Positions 41,236-50,843 of a stretch of 64,000 nucleotides of DNA are shown piece after piece. How positions within the stretch are numbered: the first letter of the stretch is position 1; each line of letters starts with the position of its first letter. Below the pieces are notes generated by a model. That model saw nothing but the letters and a program-made list of their open reading frames with translations. It made no database searches and was not told the origin of the DNA. Origin of the DNA: a virus (lineage: Duplodnaviria > Caudoviricetes); IMG/VR virus record IMGVR_UViG_3300014819_000001, positions 1 through 64,000 of that record; one strand, given 5' to 3'. Position numbers and translations under genes: made by a program.

Positions 41236-41312
41236 CTGACTGTAGCTCAGTAGGATAGAGCAACGGATTTCTAATCCGTCGGTCGGGGGTTCGAATCCCT
41301 CCAGTCAGGCCA
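41236..41312 (+). tRNA. tRNA-Arg(TCT)
   Basis: CTGACTG/CAGTCAG stem, ACGGA-TTTCTAA-TCCGT anticodon arm, GGTTCGAATCC, GCCA. Confidence 0.92.
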
Positions 41313-41692
41313 AAATACCCACACAGGTTGACAGGTCTTTAGAACGAACGTACAATACGAACATACAGACACAGAAAGGAACACAGATGTTTGACACTAT
41401 CCTGATCTACATTCTACAGAACTTGGGCCAACCCACACTGGCCAGCAGCCTCTTGGACCCAGACTACGATGGCACCTTAGGCTTCTACACTTCCCTGGAT
41501 GAGGCACTAGAGGCACAACGAGCCGCAGAACAACAACACCTCAGCCTCTACGGCACACTAGATCTCACTGACTTCTATATTCTTTCAGTGCCCATCCACA
41601 CTGTGAACTTAGCCAATACCCACACGGGTTGACAGGCTTTTAGAACCTGCGTATACTACGAACACTTAGACATTAACACAAAGGACTAGCAA

Positions 41693-42025
41693 ATGGAACA
41701 ACAGGTACAACAGGCTGTAGAACAAGCACTCCAAGCCGCTAACAGCCAAGCACGTAAGAGCTTAGAACTACGTGGTGATAGGGACGCTTGTGGCTTTGCT
41801 TGGGTAGACGTCTACGGCGTTAGGGCTAACAGTAAACTGGGTCGGGCACTGTTAGCAGCAGGCTTTACTCGCAATGGCTACGAGCGTAGCCTACAGTACT
41901 GGAACCCCAGCAGACTAGGCGTACAGAGTGTAGGCATACTGGAGGACGGCGCTGAAGCCTTTGCACAGGTCCTGAAGGCTCAACTTGGACTTGAGCGTGT
42001 ATACGCAGGCAGTAGACTAGACTAG
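41693..42025 (+). CDS. Hypothetical phage early protein
   Basis: DACGFAWV...SRLD; last gene of the early module. Confidence 0.75.
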   Translation: MEQQVQQAVEQALQAANSQARKSLELRGDRDACGFAWVDVYGVRANSKLGRALLAAGFTRNGYERSLQYWNPSRLGVQSVGILEDGAEAFAQVLKAQLGLERVYAGSRLD

Positions 42026-42036
42026 GCCCCCTTTAG

Positions 42037-42070
42037 GTCCTGATGTGAGTACACCGTCAGGACTTTTTTT
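42037..42070 (+). terminator. Rho-independent terminator closing the early module
   Basis: GTCCTGA...TCAGGAC followed by seven T. Confidence 0.85.
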
Positions 42071-42454
42071 ATCTCTGAAGGATGTCTTGGGTGGTGGCTT
42101 ATAAAAATAAATTATATATTTTATAGCGCTGCTGCTACAGAACCCATGGTGGCAGAAAAACCCCCTGAAAACTCTAAGTACTTCATATTAAAAAATTTTT
42201 TTACAGCTTTTTTTTAGTGTAGACCCGGTTCGGATTCTGCTAAATAATTCTTGAAAGGATCTGTATTATGATAGACTATAGTGAGATTGATTTAGCTGTA
42301 TGGGTTGAGGTCATAGGATTTATCATATTTCTAGGATTTCTAGCCAGTTCTAGTCTGGGCAGTCGGCAAGAGGTCAAAGATTACGATTTAGATCGTTGGA
42401 ATAAGTAAATTCTGTGTAATCAAAACTCCATAATTCTAGTGTAAATATAGTATT

Positions 42455-43108
42455 ATGGCCAAGCCCCGAGCAGCAGTTTTGCTGAACCATCCCCAGTGTA
42501 GCCTACACAGTGCACACGGTCTAGTAAGGGTATTGTCATCTTTATATGGACTCACCAACGTAGACTGTATCAGTCCAGACCAGTTAACCTTACAGAGATT
42601 ACGTAAGTATCAGTTATTCTGTGTGCCCGGTGGCCTAGGGGATGCGGACAGTTGGCATAGATTATTAGAGCCCTCCAAGCCCTTAGTCCAGCAGTACTGT
42701 TTAGAGGGTGGGCATTATCTTGGCATCTGTATGGGAGCCTACTGGGCCGGTCCCTTATATTTTGATCTAGTCAAGGATATCAATCCAGTGCAGTATATTC
42801 GGCGTCCCGGAGCCAGTGTACGTCGTAGTTACAGCACAGTAGTTAATGTTACTTGGATGGGTCATAATGAAACCATGTTTTTTTATGATGGGTGTAGCCT
42901 ATTAGGAGCCAAGCCTTCTAGTAGCATAGCCAGTTATACTAATGGTGACTGTGCGGCCCTAATTGAGGGTAGGGTTGGTCTAATTGGGCCTCATCCAGAG
43001 AGTGACAGTTTTTGGTATATGGATCGCTATATGCAGCAGCATTGGCATCAGTATACTCATCATGCTTTGTTAGCAGATTTCATAAGATTATTGGTTAATA
43101 AGTTGTAA
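42455..43108 (+). CDS. Class I glutamine amidotransferase-like (BPL_N-type) protein
   Basis: VPGG, YLGICMGAY, GPHPE. Confidence 0.8.
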   Translation: MAKPRAAVLLNHPQCSLHSAHGLVRVLSSLYGLTNVDCISPDQLTLQRLRKYQLFCVPGGLGDADSWHRLLEPSKPLVQQYCLEGGHYLGICMGAYWAGPLYFDLVKDINPVQYIRRPGASVRRSYSTVVNVTWMGHNETMFFYDGCSLLGAKPSSSIASYTNGDCAALIEGRVGLIGPHPESDSFWYMDRYMQQHWHQYTHHALLADFIRLLVNKL

Positions 43109-43169
43109 TCTGTTTGTAATGGTTTTAAAATTTGGGCTACCGTTTCTACCGCTTCGCGGAGCCTTCGGC

Positions 43170-44051
43170 CTATACGTACTGTTTAGGCACCAAGTTCTTC
43201 AATAAGTCATCTTCCCTAGTTCCATATGCTGGTTTATAGTCATACTGCCAACTAGCCAAGGGAGGCATACTCATCAATATACTTTCAGTACGTCCCATGC
43301 TCTGTAGGCCAAACAGTGTACCTCTGTCGTAGATTAGATTAAACTCTACGTATCTACCTCTACGATGTAGTTGCCAATCACGTTCTCGTTGTGTATAGGG
43401 CATATCCCTTCTCAGTGTTACTATGGGAGCATAGCCTTTAATAAAAGCTCGTCCAGTAGCTTTAACTATGTCAAATGCCTGTTCCATTGAAGGCCGGGAG
43501 AGATCGTCGAAGAATATGCCGCCAATGCCTCTTGATTCGTTTCTATGTTTAAGATCAAAGTAGTTATCGCACCATTGTTTATACTTGGGGTATAGGTTTG
43601 TGTCAATGGGGTCTAGTGCTTGTTTACAAATACCATGCCAGTGTACAGCGTCTTGTTCAAAGTAGTAATATGGGGTAAGATCCATACCACCGCCGAACCA
43701 ACCCTGTCCTGACTCTGTGATAAACATACGCACGTTAAGATGCGCTGTGGGCACGTAGGGATTCTTTGGGTGCATGACTAGGCTAACGCCTGCTGCCTCC
43801 CAACTCTGTCCAGCAAGTTCTGGTCTATGTTCACTGGCACTAGGTGGTAATTTTTTTCCAAATACATGGCTATAGTTACAGCCACCACGTTCAAATATGT
43901 TACCATCTTCTACCAGTCTACTAGTACCACCTCCACCTTCTGGTCTGTGCCAAGTATCTGTAATAAATTGTTTTCCATCTAATGATTCTAAGTCAGAGAT
44001 TATATCTGTCTGTAGTTGAATAAAAAATTCTAGAGCTTGATCTTTTAACAT
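43170..44051 (-). CDS. hemF: Oxygen-dependent coproporphyrinogen III oxidase
   Basis: [59 protein letters not shown]. Confidence 0.96.
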   Translation of the reverse strand: MLKDQALEFFIQLQTDIISDLESLDGKQFITDTWHRPEGGGGTSRLVEDGNIFERGGCNYSHVFGKKLPPSASEHRPELAGQSWEAAGVSLVMHPKNPYVPTAHLNVRMFITESGQGWFGGGMDLTPYYYFEQDAVHWHGICKQALDPIDTNLYPKYKQWCDNYFDLKHRNESRGIGGIFFDDLSRPSMEQAFDIVKATGRAFIKGYAPIVTLRRDMPYTQRERDWQLHRRGRYVEFNLIYDRGTLFGLQSMGRTESILMSMPPLASWQYDYKPAYGTREDDLLKNLVPKQYV

Positions 44052-44098
44052 AGCATTTTATATTATTAAAATACTATTTAATAGATATCAATCGTCGT

Positions 44099-44164
44099 GC
44101 CACATTTCTCGAAATTGTCCTTGGCTATGTATAACGGTCCAAGCCACTTCAGCTAGAAAATCAA
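44099..44164 (-). repeat. Stranded duplicate of the 3' end of gene 45075-45500 (other copy at 45080-45145)
   Basis: Encodes DFLAEVAWTVIHSQGQFREMW versus DFLAEVAWTVIHSQGEFREMW; differences mostly synonymous. Confidence 0.9.
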
Positions 44165-44953
44165 TTGTGGAAAATAATCAGTTAGATCAAATTCTATAGG
44201 TAATTTTTTATAATGGAAATCTAATGAGGTGGGGTCCGACATAAATCTTTCATATAGTTTATTTAAGTAATTTTGATCCAAATTCTCACAGGTAAAATTA
44301 GTTAGGTTTACGTATTCATAAAAATTACTTAAATTTTGCAGGCCACGTTGCCAATGCAAGTTAACTCCTGAATTTCTTTCAAGGTCGAGCATTTCTTGAT
44401 GAATTTCATTTCTTAAATTTAATCTATTTTTAGCTCGATCTGGATGCAAATATCTTATATGAGCCATGGGCAATGAAAAATTTACTATAGGTTGGTCGCA
44501 TCGATGAAATCCAAGGTCCCAATTAGGCAAGTCTTTAAACACACTAGGTTTGCTCATATTTGGATTCCAAAATCCTCTAAGTCTTCTTCCCTGTTCGGTT
44601 TGTCTATAAAACACTTCAAACCCTGTTACGTAATAAACTTCTTTATGAGTAAATTCAAGTTGAGGTAATGCAGAGAGATTGATTAATTCATCTATATCAA
44701 CTATAATGCCAAAATCATAAGAAAATAGCAGACTAGCTGCTATATGTCTCATGCTATGTAGTCTATTAAATTCACTGAATGGTTTGTTTCTAGGTATGTA
44801 TATTCTATCGTAGCCCGCTGTAGGTATAGGCATAGTGCTTCCGTGATCAATAATTTTTATATCTTCGGCATTTACATATTGTTGGTAATGCTTGAGAAAA
44901 ATAGGTAATAAGTAATCTTCGTTGTATTGCTGTGTTAATATAAAATATCGCAT
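44153..44953 (-). CDS. Family-2-like glycosyltransferase
   Basis: YNEDYLLP.FL.HY, IIDHGST, VDIDE. Confidence 0.75.
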   Translation of the reverse strand: MRYFILTQQYNEDYLLPIFLKHYQQYVNAEDIKIIDHGSTMPIPTAGYDRIYIPRNKPFSEFNRLHSMRHIAASLLFSYDFGIIVDIDELINLSALPQLEFTHKEVYYVTGFEVFYRQTEQGRRLRGFWNPNMSKPSVFKDLPNWDLGFHRCDQPIVNFSLPMAHIRYLHPDRAKNRLNLRNEIHQEMLDLERNSGVNLHWQRGLQNLSNFYEYVNLTNFTCENLDQNYLNKLYERFMSDPTSLDFHYKKLPIEFDLTDYFPQLIF

Positions 44954-45074
44954 TAGATTTAATTTTTAGTTTATAAGATAGGTATTTTTCGTGTGTGGTA
45001 TTTATATAATAGTAGCAGTTAATGGAGTAAAAAATCGCTAACGGCGGTTTGCTGCGCTTCGCAGCATGTTCTCC

Positions 45075-45500
45075 CTACAGCCACATTTCCCTAAATTCGC
45101 CTTGGCTATGTATCACAGTCCAAGCCACTTCAGCAAGAAAGTCAAAGTGACGAATCATCATTTCAATTGTAGTGTCTGGGCCTGTATGTTGTAATAGTCT
45201 ATTGTAGCAGCCTTGTCCTAAGTCTGTGTAGTAGCTGGCACTAATACCTCTGCGTGTGCCTAGTTTGGGAAATACTGCACGAGTAAACCAGCAAGTATCA
45301 CCCAAGCTGCGTAGAGCCTGTGGTGAGCGTGCTGTAAGGTATTGTTCAGCGTAGCTGGGTTGCGGTTGCCAAGGATTTTTATCTACTTTATTAATAAGAA
45401 TAGAAACCATAGTCCTTTGCAAGGTTTTTGGGACCATCCATCCCTGATGTTCTAGAGTTTCAGAGAACAGTTGGTCAAAAGCTTGTTCAAGTCCTTTCAA
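45075..45500 (-). CDS. Hypothetical protein
   Basis: LGD.C.F...FP....RG....YY..LG...Y pattern. Confidence 0.65.
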   Translation of the reverse strand: MKGLEQAFDQLFSETLEHQGWMVPKTLQRTMVSILINKVDKNPWQPQPSYAEQYLTARSPQALRSLGDTCWFTRAVFPKLGTRRGISASYYTDLGQGCYNRLLQHTGPDTTIEMMIRHFDFLAEVAWTVIHSQGEFREMWL

Positions 45501-45561
45501 ACTAGATCCTGTATAATGTATTTAAGTGATAAGTAATCTAAACAGTGTATAAGGGGAAAAA

Positions 45562-45789
45562 ATGAAGAACTTAATTCAAAGTCAATATAATGTAGAATCT
45601 AGTTTAGATAATAGACATAGTCCCCTAAGTATGGGCAGTGACAATGTGGCCAAGAACCCACAGGATTATGATCTTATGCGTATGTTGCAGCGTCAAATCA
45701 ATACTCTACAACAGGAGATTCGTCGCCTGCACAATAGACATAAAGAATTACACAACGAGGTCGCTAGATTACGTAGCCAAATCAAATAA
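45562..45789 (+). CDS. Small coiled-coil protein
   Basis: Heptad pattern LQRQINTLQQEIRRL. Confidence 0.65.
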   Translation: MKNLIQSQYNVESSLDNRHSPLSMGSDNVAKNPQDYDLMRMLQRQINTLQQEIRRLHNRHKELHNEVARLRSQIK

Positions 45790-45797
45790 ATACTTGT

Positions 45798-47030
45798 ATG
45801 GAAACCAAACTAGCCACCATTATCTGTAGTGATGTTATTGGCTATAGCACACTGATGCAGCAAGATGAAGCAGGGACGTTGGCCAAGTTAGATGCCTGTC
45901 GTGCTGTTATTGATCCCTTAATCGACCGTAGTAGGGGTCGATTGTTCAACACAGGAGGAGACAGTGTACTTATTGAGTTCGCCAGTGTAGTGGATGCTGT
46001 ACGCTTTGGCATAGAAATGCAAGCACTAATACGCAGTCTCAATAATGGCATGCGTTGGCGTGTGGGTATGCACATGGGCGAAGTATGGATCTATGGTACT
46101 AACCTCATGGGCGATGCTGTGAATCTTGCTGCTCGTTGTGAAAGTCTAGCCGACCATGGTGGTGTTACCATGACCGATGCTGTCTATCGTCTAGTAGCTC
46201 CTAAGATAAAAAATCATAAATTTATCAGTAGGGGAGTACAAGAGTTTAAGAATGTAGCGCCCATGGAAATATGGAGTGTGGATATTGAAGGTGCAGAGCC
46301 CAATCCACATCTTAATAAAACAGTAAAAAAAACTCAAAATCAAACTATTTCTAAGAGCCATAGTGAACTAGTAGCCGCTGTGGTCAATGATCAAGCAGCC
46401 CGTAATCGTACACTAAATGATGCTATATCAATGAAACATGATGCCAAGTATGGCCCAGCTACACGTATCATGATGTGGCGTGTGAGCAAGCAGGATAGTC
46501 AAGCATTAGATGAATTAATCAATATGGTACAAAAAAACCTAGTGCCAACAGAGTTAAAACCCTATGTACATGCTGTATTCAGAGAGTTTTGTCAAAAGAT
46601 CAATAGCGATCTAGCCCTACGTATAGTAGACCTAGTTGAAGGTGAAAGTCGTAGTTTGGCCATGCAGTTTTTACGTCAAGCAGCCAAGGTCAATGAACAG
46701 GCCAGTTATAGATTAGCCATGATGGTGTTTAGTGATCCTAACAGCAGTGATAATGAAATAGAAAGTGTAATAGGTGATCTCAAGGAAGGTGCAATGAAGC
46801 GTAAGATACCAGCTATGCTAAGTCTTGGAAAATATTATACACAGATAGGTGATAAGAAAAATGCCTTCCGTTGGTTATATGCTGCTCGTGCTGAGCATAA
46901 TGCTGAGGCACAGAAATTATTAGAAGAGCTCAATAAGACCATCACTCGAAGTGATTTTAATAATTTCAAAACTGATGCGGATGCTCTAGTGGATGAAATT
47001 AAATTTATTGATGATAACAGAATGAAATAA
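45798..47030 (+). CDS. Class III nucleotide (adenylate/guanylate-type) cyclase with helical SEL1/TPR-like C-terminus
   Basis: SDVIGYS, GD, RVGMHMGEV, GDAVNLAARCE, FKN; AMLSLGKYY...AFRWL..A. Confidence 0.88.
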   Translation: METKLATIICSDVIGYSTLMQQDEAGTLAKLDACRAVIDPLIDRSRGRLFNTGGDSVLIEFASVVDAVRFGIEMQALIRSLNNGMRWRVGMHMGEVWIYGTNLMGDAVNLAARCESLADHGGVTMTDAVYRLVAPKIKNHKFISRGVQEFKNVAPMEIWSVDIEGAEPNPHLNKTVKKTQNQTISKSHSELVAAVVNDQAARNRTLNDAISMKHDAKYGPATRIMMWRVSKQDSQALDELINMVQKNLVPTELKPYVHAVFREFCQKINSDLALRIVDLVEGESRSLAMQFLRQAAKVNEQASYRLAMMVFSDPNSSDNEIESVIGDLKEGAMKRKIPAMLSLGKYYTQIGDKKNAFRWLYAARAEHNAEAQKLLEELNKTITRSDFNNFKTDADALVDEIKFIDDNRMK

Positions 47031-47245
47031 TGATGATGTTAGCTGCCCTATATACAGTATTTTTACTCTACGGATCAATATTATTTGTTACAGGATCTAG
47101 TACATTAAGCAAGGAAGTAAGACAAAGTTTAAACCCTAAAGAGATTGAATTATTTGAGGCGGAAATGGTTCAGAGACGAATGGTGGGTCTATTACTGTTG
47201 TATGTTCCCGTTTTCAGTTTTATTTGGTGGCTCATTATTAATTAG
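47030..47245 (+). CDS. Small two-TM membrane protein
   Basis: Two hydrophobic helices; start overlaps the cyclase stop codon. Confidence 0.6.
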   Translation: MMMLAALYTVFLLYGSILFVTGSSTLSKEVRQSLNPKEIELFEAEMVQRRMVGLLLLYVPVFSFIWWLIIN

Positions 47246-47515
47246 GTCATCAAACTGTTCGGTTTCTTTTTCTATACGTTCGCCTCTCAATTCCATCACA
47301 GTTTCAACTTTTTGATTTAGTCGGATTAGGTCATTGTCCAACATTCGAATTCGATCAATCAATTCAAGTAGGGTTTCGTTGGCCTGTCCGATAACTGGTT
47401 TAATTTCTTTAGTTACCCAATTCCAAATATACCAAATCAATGCTCCCAAGCAGCCTGAGAACACTATGGGAAATCCATATTTGTTAATAAATGTGATTAG
47501 ATCGGTTGAATTCAT
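47192..47515 (-). CDS. TM plus coiled-coil small protein (GFPI motif)
   Basis: INKYGFPIV...; paralog-like to the adjacent gene. Confidence 0.7.
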   Translation of the reverse strand: MNSTDLITFINKYGFPIVFSGCLGALIWYIWNWVTKEIKPVIGQANETLLELIDRIRMLDNDLIRLNQKVETVMELRGERIEKETEQFDDLINNEPPNKTENGNIQQ

Positions 47516-47799
47516 TAGTCTTTTCTCTTATCCTTAATTTCGGATCTACTCAAACGTTCATAGTCTGGTTTTAGCCCTAGAGCAGTACTAACCTTAACAT
47601 CAATTTGTATAAGTTGATTAGTCATAGTAAAGACTCTACTATCTAATCCTCTGATGATCTTGGCCATTCCATTAACACTATTGGTCACGCCGGCTAGAAT
47701 AAATTTTATAGTAAGATATACAAAATAAAAGGCAATAATAGCAGCCGCAATAGGGCTGCCAATTTCCAGTAATTGTGTTATGATACCGATCTCGTCCAT
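47515..47799 (-). CDS. TM plus coiled-coil small protein (GSPI motif)
   Basis: LEIGSPIAAA...LD.RV. Confidence 0.7.
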   Translation of the reverse strand: MDEIGIITQLLEIGSPIAAAIIAFYFVYLTIKFILAGVTNSVNGMAKIIRGLDSRVFTMTNQLIQIDVKVSTALGLKPDYERLSRSEIKDKRKD

Positions 47800-47839
47800 A
47801 CTGTATTTAAGGAGTATGAACGAGACATAAACTACTAGT

Positions 47840-49252
47840 TTATAGGTCTTCGGTATTCAAGTTATTAAGTAGTTGCCTAAGTTTAGTAGTCTGTACATCA
47901 ACTCGACTAGTCTTCAAGCTTGAACCTTCTGTGGGATCTTCTCTTACTGTAGCACTACGTTGACGTATAGTATCTAATACTGTACTGCCCGGTTTATATT
48001 CAGTACCCATGTCCTCTTCTTTAAGATCTCTAATACGTAGAGTATCCATATCAAATTCAAGATCAATTTTAGTACCTACTCCGCTACTGCTACGAGTTTT
48101 CATCAATTGAATTTGATATCTACCTTTTTCCCTCATACCACGACTAGTAAAGATACCAAATACATTGTCAGCAGTTTGAATCTTGCTGAGTCCTCCACTG
48201 ATATGACTATGATCAAACTCAATTTCTTCAACTGCTCCTCTGTTCAATTGAGCAGCAGTTACTAGTACTACATTCTTTTCTACAGCCAAGTTTCTAAGTT
48301 CTTCACTGACAAATTTATCTTTGATAAACAAATTTTCTGCACTGATCTTACGACTCATAGGCATCAATAGATCTAAGTAGTCTACTAGCAAGATATCAAT
48401 CTTACGTCCAGCCTTTACTTCAAACTCCTTCATATAGCTACGTATATCGTTAGCAGTTTTACCGCTGGGCATATACTTAATTTGATAACTACCACTCTTC
48501 TTACCTATTATTCTTACACGCATTTCAACTTCGTCAATTTGTTTAAAAATTTCCTTAGTTGGTATATCTGTCACCATACTATCAATACGCATACTAACAA
48601 GTTCTTCACTAAGTTCCAATGTTACATAAAGTACATTAAGACCTGCTATAGACCAATTAAGTCCGAGATTGGCTAGGAATAAACTTTTACCGGCTCCACT
48701 ACCACCAGCGAAGATATTAAGTTCACCTCTATTAAATCCACCAAATAGTCTTTGATCAAGAGCAGTCCATCCTGTGCTAACTTGACCATTTTTATCTTTA
48801 ATACTCATTAGCCTACTTCTAGGATCTAAAAAGTAGTCAGTGCCCATGTCCTTCTGTAGACCAATTTGAACTGCTCGTTTAATTAGATCTTCTACTGGGC
48901 CATATTCACCTTTCTCCAACAAGTCTGCACTTTGGATAATGGCTCTTTCAAGTCCCTTATGTCTAATAAAGGTTTCAAAGTCTTGTAGTAGCCAATCATA
49001 GTGTTCTATTCTAATAGTACCAGGATTTACCAAGTTACTTTTAGTTGCAGCGTTAACAATTTCAAATGTTGGAAGAATATTATGTTCTACCACATAGTCA
49101 TTGATAAATTTTGCTGTAGGTTGTAATCGTCGATCAAAAAGTTCGTGATCGAATATGCTTTGACATCTAACAAATGTTTCGCTGTCATTAAGCATAAGTT
49201 CTAAATAAATTTTTTGGATGTCGTATCCATAATCAGCATTTTGTCTAGTCAT
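47840..49252 (-). CDS. Replicative DnaB/T4 gp41-like helicase
   Basis: GGSGAGKS, TLELSE, VDYLDL, TAAQLNR, MKTR. Confidence 0.93.
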   Translation of the reverse strand: MTRQNADYGYDIQKIYLELMLNDSETFVRCQSIFDHELFDRRLQPTAKFINDYVVEHNILPTFEIVNAATKSNLVNPGTIRIEHYDWLLQDFETFIRHKGLERAIIQSADLLEKGEYGPVEDLIKRAVQIGLQKDMGTDYFLDPRSRLMSIKDKNGQVSTGWTALDQRLFGGFNRGELNIFAGGSGAGKSLFLANLGLNWSIAGLNVLYVTLELSEELVSMRIDSMVTDIPTKEIFKQIDEVEMRVRIIGKKSGSYQIKYMPSGKTANDIRSYMKEFEVKAGRKIDILLVDYLDLLMPMSRKISAENLFIKDKFVSEELRNLAVEKNVVLVTAAQLNRGAVEEIEFDHSHISGGLSKIQTADNVFGIFTSRGMREKGRYQIQLMKTRSSSGVGTKIDLEFDMDTLRIRDLKEEDMGTEYKPGSTVLDTIRQRSATVREDPTEGSSLKTSRVDVQTTKLRQLLNNLNTEDL

Positions 49253-49260
49253 ATAAGTCC

Positions 49261-50721
49261 TTATGTAAAAACTCTAATATTATGAGTTTGTTGAAAATAT
49301 TCTGCATCTTTAATATCATGCACTAGAGGTTGTCCTTTAATATTCAAGCTGGTGTTAAGCAACATAGGGCATCCTGTTTTTAAAAACCAATATTCTAAAA
49401 GTTGTCTAATTCTTGAACCATCTTTAGGTACTGATTGTACACGACTTGTTCCATCCTTGTGTACTATAGCAGGAAATTGCTCTGGATGTCTACATCTACT
49501 GGTGTATTGCATATATCTATGATGTCGAGGGGAACCCAATATTTCAAAATGTTCTGTAACGTATTCCTCAAGTATCATAGGAGCGAACGGTCTAAATTCT
49601 TGTCTACGTTTTATTTGATTAACACGGTCCTTAATATCAGGACCTCTTGGATCAGCAAGTAAGCTACGATTTCCGAAAGCTCTCGGACCAAATTCTTCTC
49701 TACCTTGAGCTACCCCACATATTTTATGTTCAATTAGATAATCGACTATTTGATTAACATCTGTTGTAGGTTCTATATTATGTCCTAGAAATGCATCTTT
49801 CCATCCTATGTTTTTTCTTGTATGTGCTAAAATTGCGCCCAAACTACTACCTGCATCACCAGGATTAGGCATAATCCAAATATCATTAAAATATTCAAAT
49901 GCTATAGAGTTAGCACTACAATTAAGAGCACAACCTCCCATTAATACTAGATTTTTACTAGGTACCAAAGACCTAGCCTTATTCAATGTAAAATCAAATA
50001 CTTTTTCATAAACACATTGAGTAGAGGCAGCAATATCAAATAAATCTTGTTTTGATTTCAGATCAGTCTTCCAATCTTTACAGCCACGATGTAGATTTTT
50101 TTTAAATTTTATATTTGAATAGGATGCATGAGTAAAGAAATCATCAAAAATATCAAAATAAAATCTATTAGGGTCACCAAAAGCAGCCATACCCATTAAT
50201 ATATATTCTTCTTCGTTAGGTTTAAGACCAATACGATCTGTCATAGCACTGTACCAAAGACCTATACTATTAGGATATTTTAAACTAAATTTTTTAATTA
50301 GTTTAGATCCTTCTGCCTGCCAAATACTCAAAGTTTCAAATTCACCTATAGCATCTATTACAAGTACACAGGCTCGATCAAACCCACTAGTAAAATATCC
50401 AGCAGCAGCATGGCTTAGGTGATGATTAACATTAATAATTTTTGATTTAGTATGATCTTTAAAATATTTTTTTAAAGAATTATTAATGATACCTTGTCCA
50501 GCTAAAAATTGTCTTAAACTTTTATTCCAAGGATTTTCGTGTTGAATGATTAGATTGGGAGGTCCATATTCTAATGCTGCTTTTATCAAATTAGAATCTA
50601 TATCACTATCGTTCTTAATTTTACTATAACGTTCACTATGAGCAGCAAATAATATCTGATTATCAGATACTATTGACAGACTACTGTCGTGGTTATTAGC
50701 ATTGACACCCCAATAAATCAT
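49261..50721 (-). CDS. Carbamoyltransferase (NodU/CmcH family)
   Basis: HDSS, HHLSHAA, DAIGE, GGCALNC, EFGPRAFGNRSLLADPR, RPFAP, LNTSLN. Confidence 0.93.
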   Translation of the reverse strand: MIYWGVNANNHDSSLSIVSDNQILFAAHSERYSKIKNDSDIDSNLIKAALEYGPPNLIIQHENPWNKSLRQFLAGQGIINNSLKKYFKDHTKSKIINVNHHLSHAAAGYFTSGFDRACVLVIDAIGEFETLSIWQAEGSKLIKKFSLKYPNSIGLWYSAMTDRIGLKPNEEEYILMGMAAFGDPNRFYFDIFDDFFTHASYSNIKFKKNLHRGCKDWKTDLKSKQDLFDIAASTQCVYEKVFDFTLNKARSLVPSKNLVLMGGCALNCSANSIAFEYFNDIWIMPNPGDAGSSLGAILAHTRKNIGWKDAFLGHNIEPTTDVNQIVDYLIEHKICGVAQGREEFGPRAFGNRSLLADPRGPDIKDRVNQIKRRQEFRPFAPMILEEYVTEHFEILGSPRHHRYMQYTSRCRHPEQFPAIVHKDGTSRVQSVPKDGSRIRQLLEYWFLKTGCPMLLNTSLNIKGQPLVHDIKDAEYFQQTHNIRVFT

Positions 50722-50843
50722 TTGTATATAAACGGATCTTGTTTTCTTAATTCCTCAAGTCTCTTTTTTATTCTTTGTTTTTCTTTTAGATAATAATATG
50801 GATAAGTGACATAATATATCAAAATTCTAAAGATTTTAACCAT
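50718..50843 (-). CDS. 41-aa peptide coupled to the carbamoyltransferase
   Basis: Hand translation MVKIFRILIYYVTYPYYYLKEKQRIKKRLEELRKQDPFIYK; ATGA overlap. Confidence 0.6.
   Translation of the reverse strand: MVKIFRILIYYVTYPYYYLKEKQRIKKRLEELRKQDPFIYK

Noticed and set aside
41063-41263. 66-aa minus-strand ORF
   Set aside because: It is the reverse complement of tRNA genes.
43149-45066. GCTTCGC-containing hairpins at 43149 and 45050 as a REP-like family
   Set aside because: There are only two short copies, both just downstream of gene ends; they are adequately explained as terminators.
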